The notes: a model not told the origin generated them from the letters alone. DNA of 64,000 bases from Paraspadella gotoi (GCA_051294375.1 CM119264.1:17558278-17622277), one strand, 5' to 3'. Shown: positions 12,496 to 25,747, counted from the first letter of the stretch. Numbers and translations are program-made.

Positions 12496-13168
12496 CGCAA
12501 TGTTTGGAGTCAGATAGACAACGTTTATTCGCTTCACTACCTTCTCGTTCACAACACCCGAGACGTCATTTCTGCAAATCGCTCCATTTTTCAGGTTTCC
12601 ATAGTTTTGGATTCCTTTTTTCTATTTCGTCGGCTATTTTTTTTTCTGCCTCTCTCAAGAAAATTTTTTTCAAATATCGTTGCGATCGGTGAGCGATGTA
12701 GTGCAAACTCAATTTAATAAAATTCAAGTCAACTAGTTTGTGACAAAGTACAAATAGAAAATAAAATTGAAGAAAAGTGCTCAGTCTCTCGTTTTCCTCC
12801 CTCTGTCTCTCTAAACTCTCACGCGCCATTCCCAGGTCCGACTCGACGGCATTCTCTCCACGTGCAAAAACCATGATTAAGTCAAGGTTAACGTCTTTTC
12901 GCTTCAGATCATTTAGAGACCATTTAGACTCGTTTTAATAGTGGCCCGGTGAGCCTTTTTTATATATATATATTTTTTTTAATTTATTTTAATGATGGTA
13001 ATTGAATAGCTTAAAATGACTAGATATATTCACTGACAGTATTAAGTCTAAAAAATCCTAATTCATCTTGATTTTTTCATCGCAACTAATAAAGATTTTA
13101 GTTCCGGCTCCCCTTATCATTAACTCACCCTTATCATTAACTCACCCTGCCAAGAAAAAAAAACTCAC

Positions 13169-13511
13169 CGGTTTCCTTCCCCATGCGCCATCTCACTTCC
13201 GGCGCCGCCTCCCCGTGCCACGTGGCGCTGCAGGTTAAGGTCCGTGCTTCGTTCTCTCTGAGGGTCAGTGTCGTCATGAGTCGGCGCCGACGAATCGACG
13301 ACGCGACGCCGTGATTCGACTCTGGCGCGCCGAAAGCGGCGTCATCGACGCCGAAAGCGGAAGCGACGGCGTCGTCGTCGGCCGGCAAGAAGCCGACGTC
13401 ATGTCGGCGCGTGGACGCAGCGGCGCGCAAGTCGGCGGCTCGATCACCCGTGAGAGAATAAATCTTGGAATTGGAGCAATTTGTAGCGACCCGCGTTTCG
13501 TTGAGGAGGAT
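13169..13511 (-). CDS. IgSF gene exon 3 (end of Ig1, linker, start of Ig2); contains apparent indels
   Basis: Acceptor ctctttttccag| and donor CCG|GTGAGT; 343 nt, phase 0-1. The 3' part reads LTLRENEARTLTCSATWHGEAAPEVRWRMGKET (Ig B-strand Cys and C-strand Trp). The motifs AGRY and VIEPPTC appear in shifted frames. Confidence 0.82.
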
Positions 13512-14905
13512 CTGGAAAAAGAGGGGGTGGGGAAGAGGGGAGGGGATAGAGGGCGTGATAGTGAGGGCGTGAGAAACGTTGACGGGAGATGGAAGAAAGA
13601 TGGCGGTTACTAGTATCTCAAAAGGCAGGCGCTTAGAGAATACCGAATTGCCATTGCATAGCTTCACGAATAAGATAAAAACAGTGAGTTGGAAAATTAA
13701 ACCCGATTTTGAAAGTCAACTTTCTCCACTCAATTGTCAAGGCATATCTTAACTGATCAATACAAAATTTGAACACATCAATTACTCAACTAATTTTTAA
13801 AATCAATGAAATAAGCACTGGTTTGCAAATGACAGCGTTTTTTTTTACCGGCGCTTGTAAAATTGTCACCATGTAAAAAGGAAAAGGGAATTCAACGTGA
13901 AAAACAAGTCTCGATTCTAAATTCGAATTGATGACAGTGGGTGGCTGAAGATGAAAATATTTGAGAATAAAGAGCGAGAAACTCTTTTCTTATTTAGTTG
14001 TTTTTTTTTCTTTGCTGATTCCTTTACTAATCAGTCCGTTATACTTTTTTTCTATGACTGAACAGAGAACAGTGAACACTGAACAGGCGGCTTCAATCAC
14101 ATTCGAGGCCAAGAATCGAACGGCCATATGTCTGACCTATGACCACTTGATTTGCACACACAAAAAAATACAAAAAAAAAAAGCCACAAAGCCAATTCGC
14201 TTTATTTCCACTCAGCATTTATTTTAAATTGGTGTCTTCTTGAGTTGCCTTCGGCTCCTTTCGATTAACATCGGAGATTGCAGAGAAAAAAAAACGTGAT
14301 CTTATACCAAAAAAACTTAAAGCTCGATTTACCGAGAAATCCAGGTCCCACTGCCCAGAGCATCGAGCAGGCGAGCCAACAAATTTCATCATTTTTCGCG
14401 AAGAAAATCTTCGCCTGCAGCGTCGACAAATCATCTTGGTCGTCCTCGTCGTCGTCGTCGTCGTCGTCGTCGGCTACATCGCTAAAACCTTCTCACTTTA
14501 TATCCAAAGTTCGTCAAAATATCTGTATTTCCAGAATATCTTCTTAATTATTAGCGACCAGTGCAATCAAGAAGAAATATCGTACGTTTTTTGTTTTAAA
14601 ATTTTAAAATTCTGTTGAAAAAAGTTTTTGTGTGGAGGAAATTCGTTAATGAAGGTTATCCTTTATCTTCCTTCTCGCTCTTGGAAAATGAAATTTTCTC
14701 TATAAAATTGTCACACGAGATTAATCAGTAATGAACAGAAGAGAGAGATCCCCCGATGCGGACCGAACCAGGAACACGGTTCCGGTTTTTATTATCTCGT
14801 AATTTCTCTTGACTCGAACCTCGCTCATTTATTCAGCCGATCGTAAGATTAACAGTCGAATAAACGAGCGCAGCTTCAACGACGAGACAAGGCCGACGCG
14901 ACCAA

Positions 14906-15058
14906 CACGGACAGACTGACAGACTGCCAAGGCGAAGCCATTGCACGGACAGACTGACAGACTGCCAAGGCGAAGCCATTGCACGGACAGACTGACAGAC
15001 TGCCAAGGCGAAGCCATTGCACGGACAGACTGACAGACTGCCAAGGCGAAGCCATTGC
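14906..15058. repeat. Minisatellite, 4 perfect copies of a 38-bp unit
   Basis: CACGGACAGACTGACAGACTGCCAAGGCGAAGCCATTG at 14906, 14944, 14982 and 15020, with no spacers. Confidence 0.95.
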
Positions 15059-17508
15059 GATAGGGCTCCACGTACGATCGACGTCTTTTAGACAACGAAA
15101 TCGAAACTATAATTACCCATCTTTCTTGATTCTCATTAGTTAGTATGAAGCTTACTTCATTTAAAAAAACGGTAGTCTCAAGTTATCTCCTTCTTATCAC
15201 TTAGAACTTCCCAGGTAAATTTCTATGAGTTAAAAACACGGTAAGACATGGTTTCTTCAATGATTGTTTATCTAATCTCATTAACTTCGTAATTTTAGAT
15301 ATAAGTATGTTCGAATTTTTATGGTATAGATCATTTTTAAGATCGAATTCCTCATAAGAATCTTCACGTCTTTTACTTACATAAAAGTTTTTAGGTAAGA
15401 CGCCACATTATCTGATACAAATTTTTTTTCTTCATACGCTTTCCCTGATTCTTTTTTCTTCACTTCTTTCTTCTCTTTCTTTTATATTTTCCTCTTCCTC
15501 TTTCCTCCCTTACTTCTCAATCTGTCACTTACCATTTTTTGGCCCCTACCTTTTTCTGCCATTCATGCACTTTCCTCACCTTTTTTTTCTCCTTCTCTTT
15601 TCCCTTTCTTTTCCCTTCTTTTTCTTTCCAATTTTCCCCTCATTCCTTACCTTTTATTGTCTCACTATTTTTCCCCCATTTGCCTATTTTGTTTTGCCTT
15701 TGGCCCCCATTTCATTTTCTCCCCTTCTCCTTTTCTTGTTTTCTCTTTCCTCTTCCCTCTCACTACGTTTACATTGAGCCATATCAAAGAAAATCTTTAA
15801 TATGCATTATAAGAAAGGATATTAACGGTAACGGAGGTTTTTATTTCAATTTTGGTTGCCTAGCAAATTTAGTAAATCGACAGATTTTGCGGAAAATATT
15901 TCCGCAAAATCTGTCGATTTTCAGAAAAAACAAGTCCTGACGCTTTTCCATTGGGTTAAAAGGATGCGGTTTTTTTTGTTTTCTCAACGTCAGTAAGTAC
16001 CCAATCTTTTAAAACTAATAAATGAGTTGAAAATATTTTCTTTATCATAAATAAATGCAAGTCACAAAAAGTCACAAATTAAAATTTGTCTTTAAAAATT
16101 ATTTTTGGGCTAAACGAAAAGAGTTTTTTTTGATAATTTTGTAGGTGTTAAAAGCTTATTCTGTGGACTGTATTTTCTGTTAGTTTAAGCCAATTTAAAC
16201 TATTTTTGTTTAATAAATTATAATAAAAACTAAAAACTGCGACTTTTTAACTTGTCAACTTTAAAAATAATTTATAAGTGAACTATGAATGATATTAAGG
16301 AAAATATTTTACTCAAGGGTGAAAGAAGATAGGGAAGAAAGGAATTCCAAAATAAAAAAAAATTTTCACACTTTCCTTGGCATTCAAATTTGAAGACGAA
16401 AGTGAAAATGGAAAAAATGGACATGATTTTTTTTTCTTAAAAGTTGCAAAAAATGTTACTCTTATATGATTTAGAAATAGCTTGGCAGATGGTTTTAACC
16501 AATCCGTATTTTGGCCTAATTTATATTATGGTGCAAATTAAATTAATTTTGTTAATAGTAACTGAACAATACTGAAAAGCTAGTTTTTTCTCTGAATGCG
16601 AGGATCGTAAGCAGAGGCATAGAAACTCTTCATTCTTCAAGTCTGCTTCTCCTACTCCCGCGAACAGTGAAACTGTTTCTGTTCGTTTACGTGATTATCA
16701 TCTATGGTATCAGTCTTCAATGATACAAAAGAATGGTCACCGTTGCCTTCCACCTGCACCGATTTCGACCAGGATTAGGTTCCCCGTCAATTGGTTCAGA
16801 ACCGGCATCGCAGACTCTCGCGCCAGTCATTGGCGCCACTTTTTTGCCTTTCGTTTCGCGCCACCGAATCCACCGATGAATATTCACGGCTTCGCGGAAC
16901 TCGAGAGACAAAAGCGTTAAATTTTACCGGGCGTCTTTCCCACAGCCTTTTCGCAGTCGGTCTTTCCTCATCAACACTTCCACTCATCAATGGACTTTTT
17001 TCCATACATCGCTCTCAGCTCAGGGCCTTTCATTTCAATTAAAACTTAATAATTTCAATATGGAAAGATTAAAGAAAATTGAAGACTGAGAAAAGTTTAT
17101 GTCGTCGGTATATCTCCCGTCCGACAATTTTCATGTTTATTTATTAATTGAACAAAAAATTCATTTCTTCCTCGTCCTCAAATTCTACTAAAATTCAATG
17201 TTCCAAATAATTTTAAAGCAAAAAAAAAAAAAATTCCATAAAAGTTTTTTTTACGACTCTGAATATTAATCTCGCCACTAGATGGAATTTTTCCTTACCT
17301 TTCCATCCATTATAAAAAGCAACTCATACCGAAACGACGACGTCGCTCCATTAAGCCTCACCCGTTCGTAAATCACCCATTTTTTGCGCGCCGCGAGAAT
17401 TTCGGTCGTTCAACGGAAAACGGGAGGAAAACTTACCCTTTTTCTCGGAGGGGGAGAAGGCTTTTTGGTTAAACAGCTGGAAAACTCACGGTGTGTGTTA
17501 GAGAGAGA

Positions 17509-17542
<34 letters not shown>

Positions 17543-17550
17543 GAGAGAGG

Positions 17551-17581
<31 letters not shown>

Positions 17582-17672
17582 AGAGAGAGAGTAGGAGAGA
17601 GAGCAGAAAGTGCTCTGATTATTGATTTTTCACGCAGCTCTTTTTCTTAAGTTGAGCATGTTTTGAACTTAC

Positions 17673-17780
17673 CCTGTTTATGGTGAGGACGTAGAGTTCC
17701 TTGTTGCGACCAAAAACATATTTTCTTGGGTCGATTCCTGAGTCAACGACGAGGCCTCCGATGGAAAGCACCTTCACGTC
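17673..17780 (-). CDS. IgSF gene exon 2 (middle of V-type Ig domain)
   Basis: Acceptor tttcttctctcag| and donor AGG|GTAAGT; 108 nt, phase 0-0. Encodes DVKVLSIGGLVVDSGIDPRKYVFGRNKELYVLTINR, ending in the Ig strand-E LTI motif. Too short for the ORF track. Confidence 0.88.
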
Positions 17781-20697
17781 CTGAGAGAAGAAATTTGTTT
17801 CTTAAATAATACGTATTATCATATTAAGTAGTTTTATTCATCATTCATATATTTTAATTTATGCCATGACTTACAAGTTACTAATATTCACAATAATCTC
17901 TCAAGATCCACCCTAATCTTAATAAGACATTCGTATCACCCTATCGTCCACTCGCTTTTTTTTCATTTTCCGAGTTTTCCTAATTCACCCCAAAACCTTT
18001 GTTAATCAAAATTACGAGGTCCGTCGCGGGGCGGGAATTAATTTGGAGCGCGAAATGTGAAAGCGGCTCCATGGCGAAGACAATATTTATTTTATGAAAC
18101 GATCCTGTTCGTCGCTCCCCTACTCGCCCCACCGTCTTTTGCGACCCACCCCCTCTCCCTCCCCCCCTCGGGGGCCATGGTGTGGAGATTCATGGGACAG
18201 ATTATAGCTTCCATAAAACCGTGGAAAAATACAAGCGGGGTCGAATCGAACAAAAAAAAATGGGGGGGAAGAAAAGAGAGGGAAATTAATAAAAGGAGAA
18301 ATAAAGAAGGATAAAAGGAAGAAATGAATAACGATGAACCGTTTGAATATTCGTCGTGGAACGAGGATATAAATCTTCGGAGGCCCCGCGAGCTTCGAAT
18401 ATCCGACGAGAATGTCGACGGACGAATTTTCGCCCGTTTCGTTTATTTTAACGTCGCGCTCGTGGATTCTCAGACCCAGCGTCGTGGGTCGTTGCCGAGG
18501 ATTGAAGTCAAGGTAAGACAGGGTAAGGCCTTACGTTTTCGTGACTCGAAACTCAAGTTTCAAGCGCGAGTTGTCTACTGATAGTTTTCGGTCGTGTCGT
18601 CTGGAAACTAAAGGCAATTCTTACTTGTACGTATTTTTGCTTTCTGAACATGGAAATGTCATTGGCAGAATTAGAAAAAAAAACTTATCCTTTTTTTTTT
18701 GAACTCCGAAACACCCCCTTCTCTAATTCTCCATCACCCCCATAACATCAGTTCCCTCCGTCTGGCCTCGATTTTTGACGCCACTCGAAAAATCGTTTCA
18801 ACTTCAAGCTGTTTCGCGTCAGAAGCAGAACCGGAACTAACTGTTAGAACTGAATCTGGAAATGGCGATTTGTGGCCAGAATTCGCTCCGGAGGAGCGCG
18901 CGCCGTTCAGTCAATAGTTGCGCCACGCCGGTTTAGCCTCTTACTAAGGTGTCAAAGCAACGAGAATGATGCGCCATTTATCGACAAAGACATAAACTGT
19001 GATAAGTGATGGAGATATATATAACGCGGTTCTTTTCTAATGCGCGATCCCGTTTTTCTTCCTTCTCTTCTTTCCTCTTTCTTCCGCTTGCAATCGCGTT
19101 GTTCTTCTTTTTTTTTTTCATTTTAATTCTCATTCGCTTTTCTCGCTGGAGGTCGTTGCGCGAATTCCTTGTTAATGTGATGCCATCGAACGCAAATCAT
19201 GAAGCGGAGCCTTCAGCCATCTTGGCAAAAGTGGGGAGGAGGAAGTCAGCTTTCTAGCAAATGGATGCAGTTTGAAAGACACAGTTAGAAAATGAGGAGG
19301 AAGAGGACTTAAACGATGGGAGCAAGAAGGAAGGAAGATTTTAATATTTCATTGGTTAAAATGTAAAATGTATTTTTTTGGTAAAGAGAAATAGACAGAT
19401 ATCGCGGCATCACTGGGGAATTATTATTATTTTAAATCATAGTTTTTTTGAAAAAGTGACAAAAACCACTTCACAAAGAATCTAAAGCTGCAGTTTAATT
19501 ATTAATTGGATAAAAGTCTTTAGGTGCACACGCAAAAGACTGTATTTTTTTTCCTTGCTTTGGAAGGTAAGACGGAGAGTGAAGGACAAAAGAATATTTG
19601 AAAATGTACGTCATTGGTATTCCTAAGTACATAATATATTGAAACAAGAAAGAAAGCTGCAGAGAGAGAGAAAAAAACCTTTAACATTTGCATCAAAAAA
19701 AAGAAAACAAACTTGCCAAGAAAAAAAGATTTCGTTTACGAGGGTCAAAAAAAAAGCGTTCACGGACCAAAGAAGAGACACGACGTAGGCGGAAAATATT
19801 CGACCGAGAGAGGGACAGAAATAAATGATTCTCCTTTGGGACAAAAGAACATTCTGTCTGTCAAATAGAAAATAAACAAACAAATTTACTAGCAAATAAA
19901 ATGAAGACTCGAACGAGATTCGAAACATGTCTGTTTTCTATTAATAAAATCGTTGTTGAACAAATCAAACTTCGTTTTCGCTATTATAATATTATAATAT
20001 ATTTATATCCTTGCTAAAATCATTGCCGTAAAATAAACGTTCAAATTCGTTATAATCGTATAAGCAATTCTGATAAATCTCTGGCCTACATTTTAGAAAA
20101 TCGTAGTGTAGACACAAAAAGTAAAAAGTCCCGCGATAGCAAAAAAAAGAAAGGACAGAACCTCGAATTATTGTTGTTGTTCTGTCGACTTCGAAATGCC
20201 AAAAGGAAATTGAGACTCGATATTTCAAGGCTTCTTCGAGTCAGTCTCCTTCGTCCACTTTTTCTTTTCCTTCTTCTTCTTCTTCTTTCTCAGTCAACAA
20301 ATGTTTTGTTTGTTTAATGTCTATCGCTTTTTAAATATTCTAGTTTCATGCTCTTCCACACATAAAATATACATTTACTTTCGCTAGGGATAATCATTTT
20401 TTTCAGCATTCGCTACGAATATTAATGTCCTAGCTGAAGCTGTCCGCGAAAAAACCGATCTTCCCTGACACGCAGGATTGTAACTGCAAAACAAGTGCAT
20501 AGGTTTGGCACACAGACCCTCCTTTTCAAATCTCCTAGTCCGTTGGTCTCTTTTCTTTGAAATAAGTAAAAGCGAAGTCTTATGATTTCTTCGGTTTACT
20601 CCATGGTCTAATTGTTTCTTTGTGCAGACAATCTCGACAATGCGCCATTGAAAAACCAAAGGCGAAATATTTTTTTTTCCTCGCGGAACCAGACGCC

Positions 20698-20838
20698 ATC
20701 AATCTTCTCCGTGACGGTGCCATGTCAATCCTTTCCATTGCGGCGCCCTGTCAAACCTTTCCATTGCGGCGCCCTGTGAATTCTTTTTATTGTGGCGCCC
20801 TATCAATCCTTTCCATTGCGGCGCCCTGTCAATCCTTT
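20698..20838. repeat. Minisatellite, about 5 imperfect copies of a 26-bp unit
   Basis: Consensus GTCAATCCTTTCCATTGCGGCGCCCT repeated head to tail. Confidence 0.9.
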
Positions 20839-22792
20839 ATTCGATGACGAAGTACATTTTCTTTCCTTTTTGCTCCGAGGGCCCAAAAGGGGGAGAAGGG
20901 GCAACGTGGTGGGAAAATTGGCGGAAGGTTGGAAGGACAGAACGAAGTGAGATGTAAAATATGAGCTAGACAATTTGGATGGAGGAAGTACCTGAGAAAA
21001 TGTTTGCGCTTTGGTAGATCAAAGAATCGATAAGCGAGAGGAAGTGGATACTGGATTGGTAGCTTTGGGGTTAGAGCAACAGATATGGTGCAATAGGGAC
21101 ATTGGTTCCGTTGCTCCGGGCGGGAAAGCCACCTTATTTCGTTTGTCATCATTTCTAACCGGAGAACGAAATATTGCTTCGGTTTTTTTTTTCGTCACGG
21201 CTCTCTGCGACTCTGTTAGCCAATTTTTGGTTCTTCGGTCTATTTGATAAGTTTACTTTCGGTATATTAAAAACCAAAGAATAACTTAGAAACGGTACTT
21301 AGATATTTGTGCCAAGTTTTAATGTTTTTTTTTTAAAAATTACACAGTACAAACCCATGAAAACGGAGTACTGCCTTCATTCACGTCCGATAATTCGCAT
21401 GAATTCATACAAACATAGCATTATCTCCGCGCATCGTCCCCGGACGGGATTTTGAATGAACGTTAGTAGCTCTCGGCCCACTCGAGCCCGGAAAGCAGCT
21501 GTCAAACGGCGAGCACTCGGCGAGCACGTGTTCAACTCTGCACCGACGTATGTGGAAGTGTTTCATAATCTCCCGCGCTTTCAGCAAACAACGAAACGCG
21601 AGTATTGGGGCCTTTGAATGAGGAGGGGGTAATGAATCATCAAGGGCGGTCGACAAATGAGTGCATTCGCAGTGTGAAACCGTGGCGGAGGTGGAAAAAG
21701 CTAATTTGGGCAGAATGTTTGAGACGGAGATGGTTAATGGTGTCCCTTAAATTTAAGTTAAGTAGTTGGTTGGAGCACCGGTAATCCGTTTAAGCTGGTA
21801 ATAGATTTTTATGCTATTATGCTAATGCTTTTATGCTATTCTACATCTAAATTTAAACGCTGAACTTCCTCAGTTGTTTTTACTGTGTCGGACGAGTGAC
21901 GAGGTTTGTTCCGAGAAGCGTCGTCGGGGAAGTGAGAAGAAAATCTCCGCGGTTGATGGAGAGAAGAAGGCAGAGGGAGGAGGAAAGTTAAGGGGGGAAA
22001 AAGAGGAAGGGGGAAGGGAAAGAAATAGAAGAGAAGGAAGAGGAGGCGAAGGAGTAGGATGAGGAGAAGGAGGAGGAGGAGAAAGACGAAGGACTGGAGC
22101 TACGGGCGGTTAACGGTAGACGGGCGGATGCGAAGAGGAAAGACAAATAATTCTCTGAGGATTTTTCGGAGATTAAGTTCAGCAAATAGAGTATAAGTGG
22201 GGGGGGAGAGGAATTTAGGTCCTCAGAAAATAAGGGGATGAAGGAAGAAGGGGTGAAAAAGGATACACGTTAAAGGGGAACGGAGAAGGATTATTGGAAA
22301 AACGGGAAGAGGGGAAGAAGGGAAGATGGGAAAAGGGAAAAGGGAAGAAGGGAGCGGAATAAATTGAATTCTTTTTTTTAAAAAAGGAAGAGATAAGTGA
22401 AAAGTAGAAAGTTGAAGGAGAGAGCGAAAGTAAAGGGAGAAAGTTGGAGGAAGAAAAAACATCGGGAAAAGAGAGAATAAAAAGAAATAAAACTCTAGTC
22501 TTTGGGGGAAGAATTCGGTAACGAACAGATATAAAAAAAAGGAGGGGAAAGAATTAAAATAAATAAAAAAACGAAAAACGAAAAAGAAAAAAAAAGGATA
22601 GTAGAGAAAATAAAACGGATTCAAAAGAGAGAGAGAGAGAGAGAAAAAAAAAGAGGAACATCGCGGGTCGGCGGGAAAATTCTCTTGGGTTTTACCCGAC
22701 AAACGCCACAATAGTTTATCCGCCGAATTAAGGGCGAAACAACTCTTTCCTCAAAACAGTCACACCTCGGAAATGGGAACAACAAATGCCGA

Positions 22793-22823
<31 letters not shown>

Positions 22824-23367
22824 AACAACGACGACAACGTTACGCGGGACGTCGGAGACAAGGACGTCAAGGTAGACAGTGATGGAGCAATAATCGATGA
22901 GAGGCCTGCTGCTGTTGAAACCAAAACAAAAACAGACACCGCGTTAAAAAACAGAGGGGGACAGAAACGAGCACAGCCTTTTTTTTAATAACGAAAAAAG
23001 AAAAAAAACATCATGGATTTTAAAATATACAGAGAAATATGCATAGGGGTTCCATTTATTTTTTTGTGAGCTACCCGTAGTTAAGTATGAATACATCTAT
23101 ATTGAATCCTAGATTGAGAAATGTAATTTTTTGACTGCAGCGTTTAAAGTTAAAGTTAGCAACTTAACTGTTACACTATTTCGCCTCTGATGTTTCGCCA
23201 GTCATATAAAATATATATAATTTCTTCTGTTTTCTTTCTTTGTTAATTGTTAAAATTGCATTACGTTTAACTAACCTTTCTCCCTTCATGTTCTCCCCAC
23301 CTTCCACCCTCATCATTCCACCAATCTCCACCACCTCCCCCCGCTCCCCTCCACCAAAGATCCATAC

Positions 23368-23622
23368 CTGCTTCCACACTTGCTGTCGGATCCAAACGGC
23401 GGGAATTCTCGATCGACACTCGAAGACGACGGAGGCGAAGAGCGGCGCCGCCACGTGCGTCGCTTCCGGAACCTCGGTCGACGTCATCGGCGTCATCATC
23501 AAGATGGCGAGGAAGAGGAGGAGGAAGTGGGGGAGGGAGTATAGGGAGGAAGCGGAAGAGGCGAAAAGGCGGCGAGGAGGGGAGGAGAAGTGGACGAGGC
23601 GTTGGGGGAAAGGCGGCGTCAT
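23368..23622 (-). CDS. IgSF cell-surface protein, exon 1 (signal peptide and start of V-type Ig domain)
   Basis: ATG at 23622 gives MTPPFPQ...LPHFLLLFLAILMMTPMTSTEVPEATHVAAPLFASVVFECRSRIPAVWIRQQVWKQ: a hydrophobic stretch, then the Ig strand-B Cys and strand-C Trp. It ends at the donor CAG|GTATGG, 255 nt, phase 0. The start codon is uncertain because the frame is open up to an ATG at 24204. Confidence 0.8.
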
Positions 23623-24356
23623 CCTGAGTTCGCGTCCAGAGTTTCGAGGGTCGAGGCGGACGTCTCGACGAAGGCGTTGATCTCGTCGACGAAGACTCGT
23701 CAATTTTCTAGGAAAGGACGGAGGTGACGTCTCGAGTTTAACTCCGTCCGATTTTCCTAGATGTCGATAAGAGTCGGCGGTCTTGCGCGGAAGTTGAAGT
23801 TCGTCAAAGTCGTCGCTTTTTGAGTTTGAGTCGTCGTTGAAATTGTTACACTGTGCTCGTATTTGATTGTCATCGTGGAAACAGTTCACGAGATAAAAAT
23901 GATTCGGTCTGACTCTTTCGTTCTCTTCTTCAACTTCGCCCAGATGCTCGTATCTTAGTTGGCCAGGACCGCCGACTTGGCTAAGGATGAGACCGACTTT
24001 GTCGCCAACGGCCTGCTGTCGCTGGCGTCGCTCCTTCTTCCACCAGAAACTAATTTTGTCTAAATGAAAGGAAACTCTTTGGACAGCCTCGTCGTTGGCT
24101 TCCGTTCCCCCTCCGAGTCGTTGTTGTTGTCGGCGAAATCCGTGGAGGGACGAACTGTCGAGTTCAGAGCGACGAACCGGAAATCCTCCGGAGAAAATCC
24201 TCATGATGGAGGAGGAAAAAGAAAAGGAAGGAAGGAAAATAAAAGAAAAAAACGGAGATGAAGGAAAGAAAAGAGAGAAAAAAAAAGGGTGAAGGAAAGA
24301 AGAGGATTTTGGAAGGAAGGAAATAAAAAGTCGATAGGAAAAAAGAAAATGGAGGC

Positions 24357-24484
<128 letters not shown>

Positions 24485-24902
24485 TCGTAGTTCCGGCGCC
24501 AGAGGTCGATGTCGTTATGACGTCATTTGTTTCGGCATCGAATATTCCGAAGTATTTTTCCGGAGATTCTGGTTTCTCCTCGGAAAGACGGTGTTTCGTC
24601 GAGAGACCGACTCGCGTCTCAGTTCTTCTCTTTTCGGCCCCATTTTTTTTTCTTTCTCTGAAAAGAAAAAGAAGAATGGGGCGTAATGCATCCGTGGCAA
24701 AACGTAGCGGGCGTTGCTGCTATAAATCAGACGCAAGAAGCGAGAAAGAAAGAGAGAAAGAGAGAGAGGGAGAGAGAGAGAGAGAGAGAGAAGAAAGAAG
24801 AGAGAGATAGAGAGAAAAGGAAGAAGTAAAAATAAACAAACAGAGTATAAAAAGTGTGATTCGAGCATGGAAGAAAGAATCAAAGAAATATATAAAGACA
24901 GA

Positions 24903-25090
24903 AAAAAAATTAAAAAATTAAAAAATTAAAAAATTAAAAAATTAAAAAATTAAAAAATTAAAAAATTAAAAAATTAAAAAATTAAAAAATTAAAAAATTG
25001 AAAATATTTAAAAAATTAAAAAATAGAAAAATAGAAAAAAATATAAAAAATTAAAAAATTAAAAAATTTAAAAAAATTAAAATTATTTTT
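24903..25090. repeat. (AAAAAATT)n 8-bp tandem repeat decaying into A-rich sequence
   Basis: Seen directly. Confidence 0.92.
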
Positions 25091-25208
25091 AAAAAAATAA
25101 AGAAAGAAGCGGTGAAATAAATAGAGAGAGAAGTGATTAGACGTATCACAATTCGAAGAGGTGGAAGAGAAGGAAAGTGTCTTGGTGGGCGCGAATGAGA
25201 ATAATAAT

Positions 25209-25265
<57 letters not shown>

Positions 25266-25539
25266 CGTCCTGTCACCGCGAGGGGAGTCGGACAAATCAC
25301 TTCGGACTCGGATCCGCATCAAATACGTCGGACTCGCCCTTCGTCGTCGCCGTCGTAGTCGTCGTCGTCGCGGCATCGTCGTCGTCTTCTTCCTCGTCAT
25401 CCGTCAAAATCACGGAGCGGAAAAATTGGAAATCTTCCAGGAAAAATTCGCCTCCGAGTCCTTGGAGTCGAAAGGGAGGAAAAAATGGGAAGAAAGATAG
25501 GAAAATATGAAATTTGTGGTTTGCGGGATGAAAAGAGAA

Positions 25540-25589
<50 letters not shown>

Positions 25590-25675
25590 GAAAGAGATGA
25601 GAGAGAGAGAGAAGAGAGAGAAGAGAGAGAGAAAGTAAGTCGAAGAGAGAGATAGGCACACATAAAGAATATGGA

Positions 25676-25747
<72 letters not shown>

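Noticed and set aside
14906-15058. 38-bp (and 26-bp at 20698-20838) repeats as CRISPR arrays
   Set aside because: Head-to-tail units with no unique spacers, no cas genes and a eukaryotic context.
18324-18581. Plus-strand ORF with GTAAG donor-like sites, possible nested antisense gene
   Set aside because: No partner exon or recognisable motif found.
24518-24727. TGACGTCA (CRE-like) at 24518-24525 and TATAAAT at 24721 as the IgSF promoter
   Set aside because: Short motifs expected by chance (another TGACGTCA lies at 61281), and the TATA is on the opposite strand to the gene.
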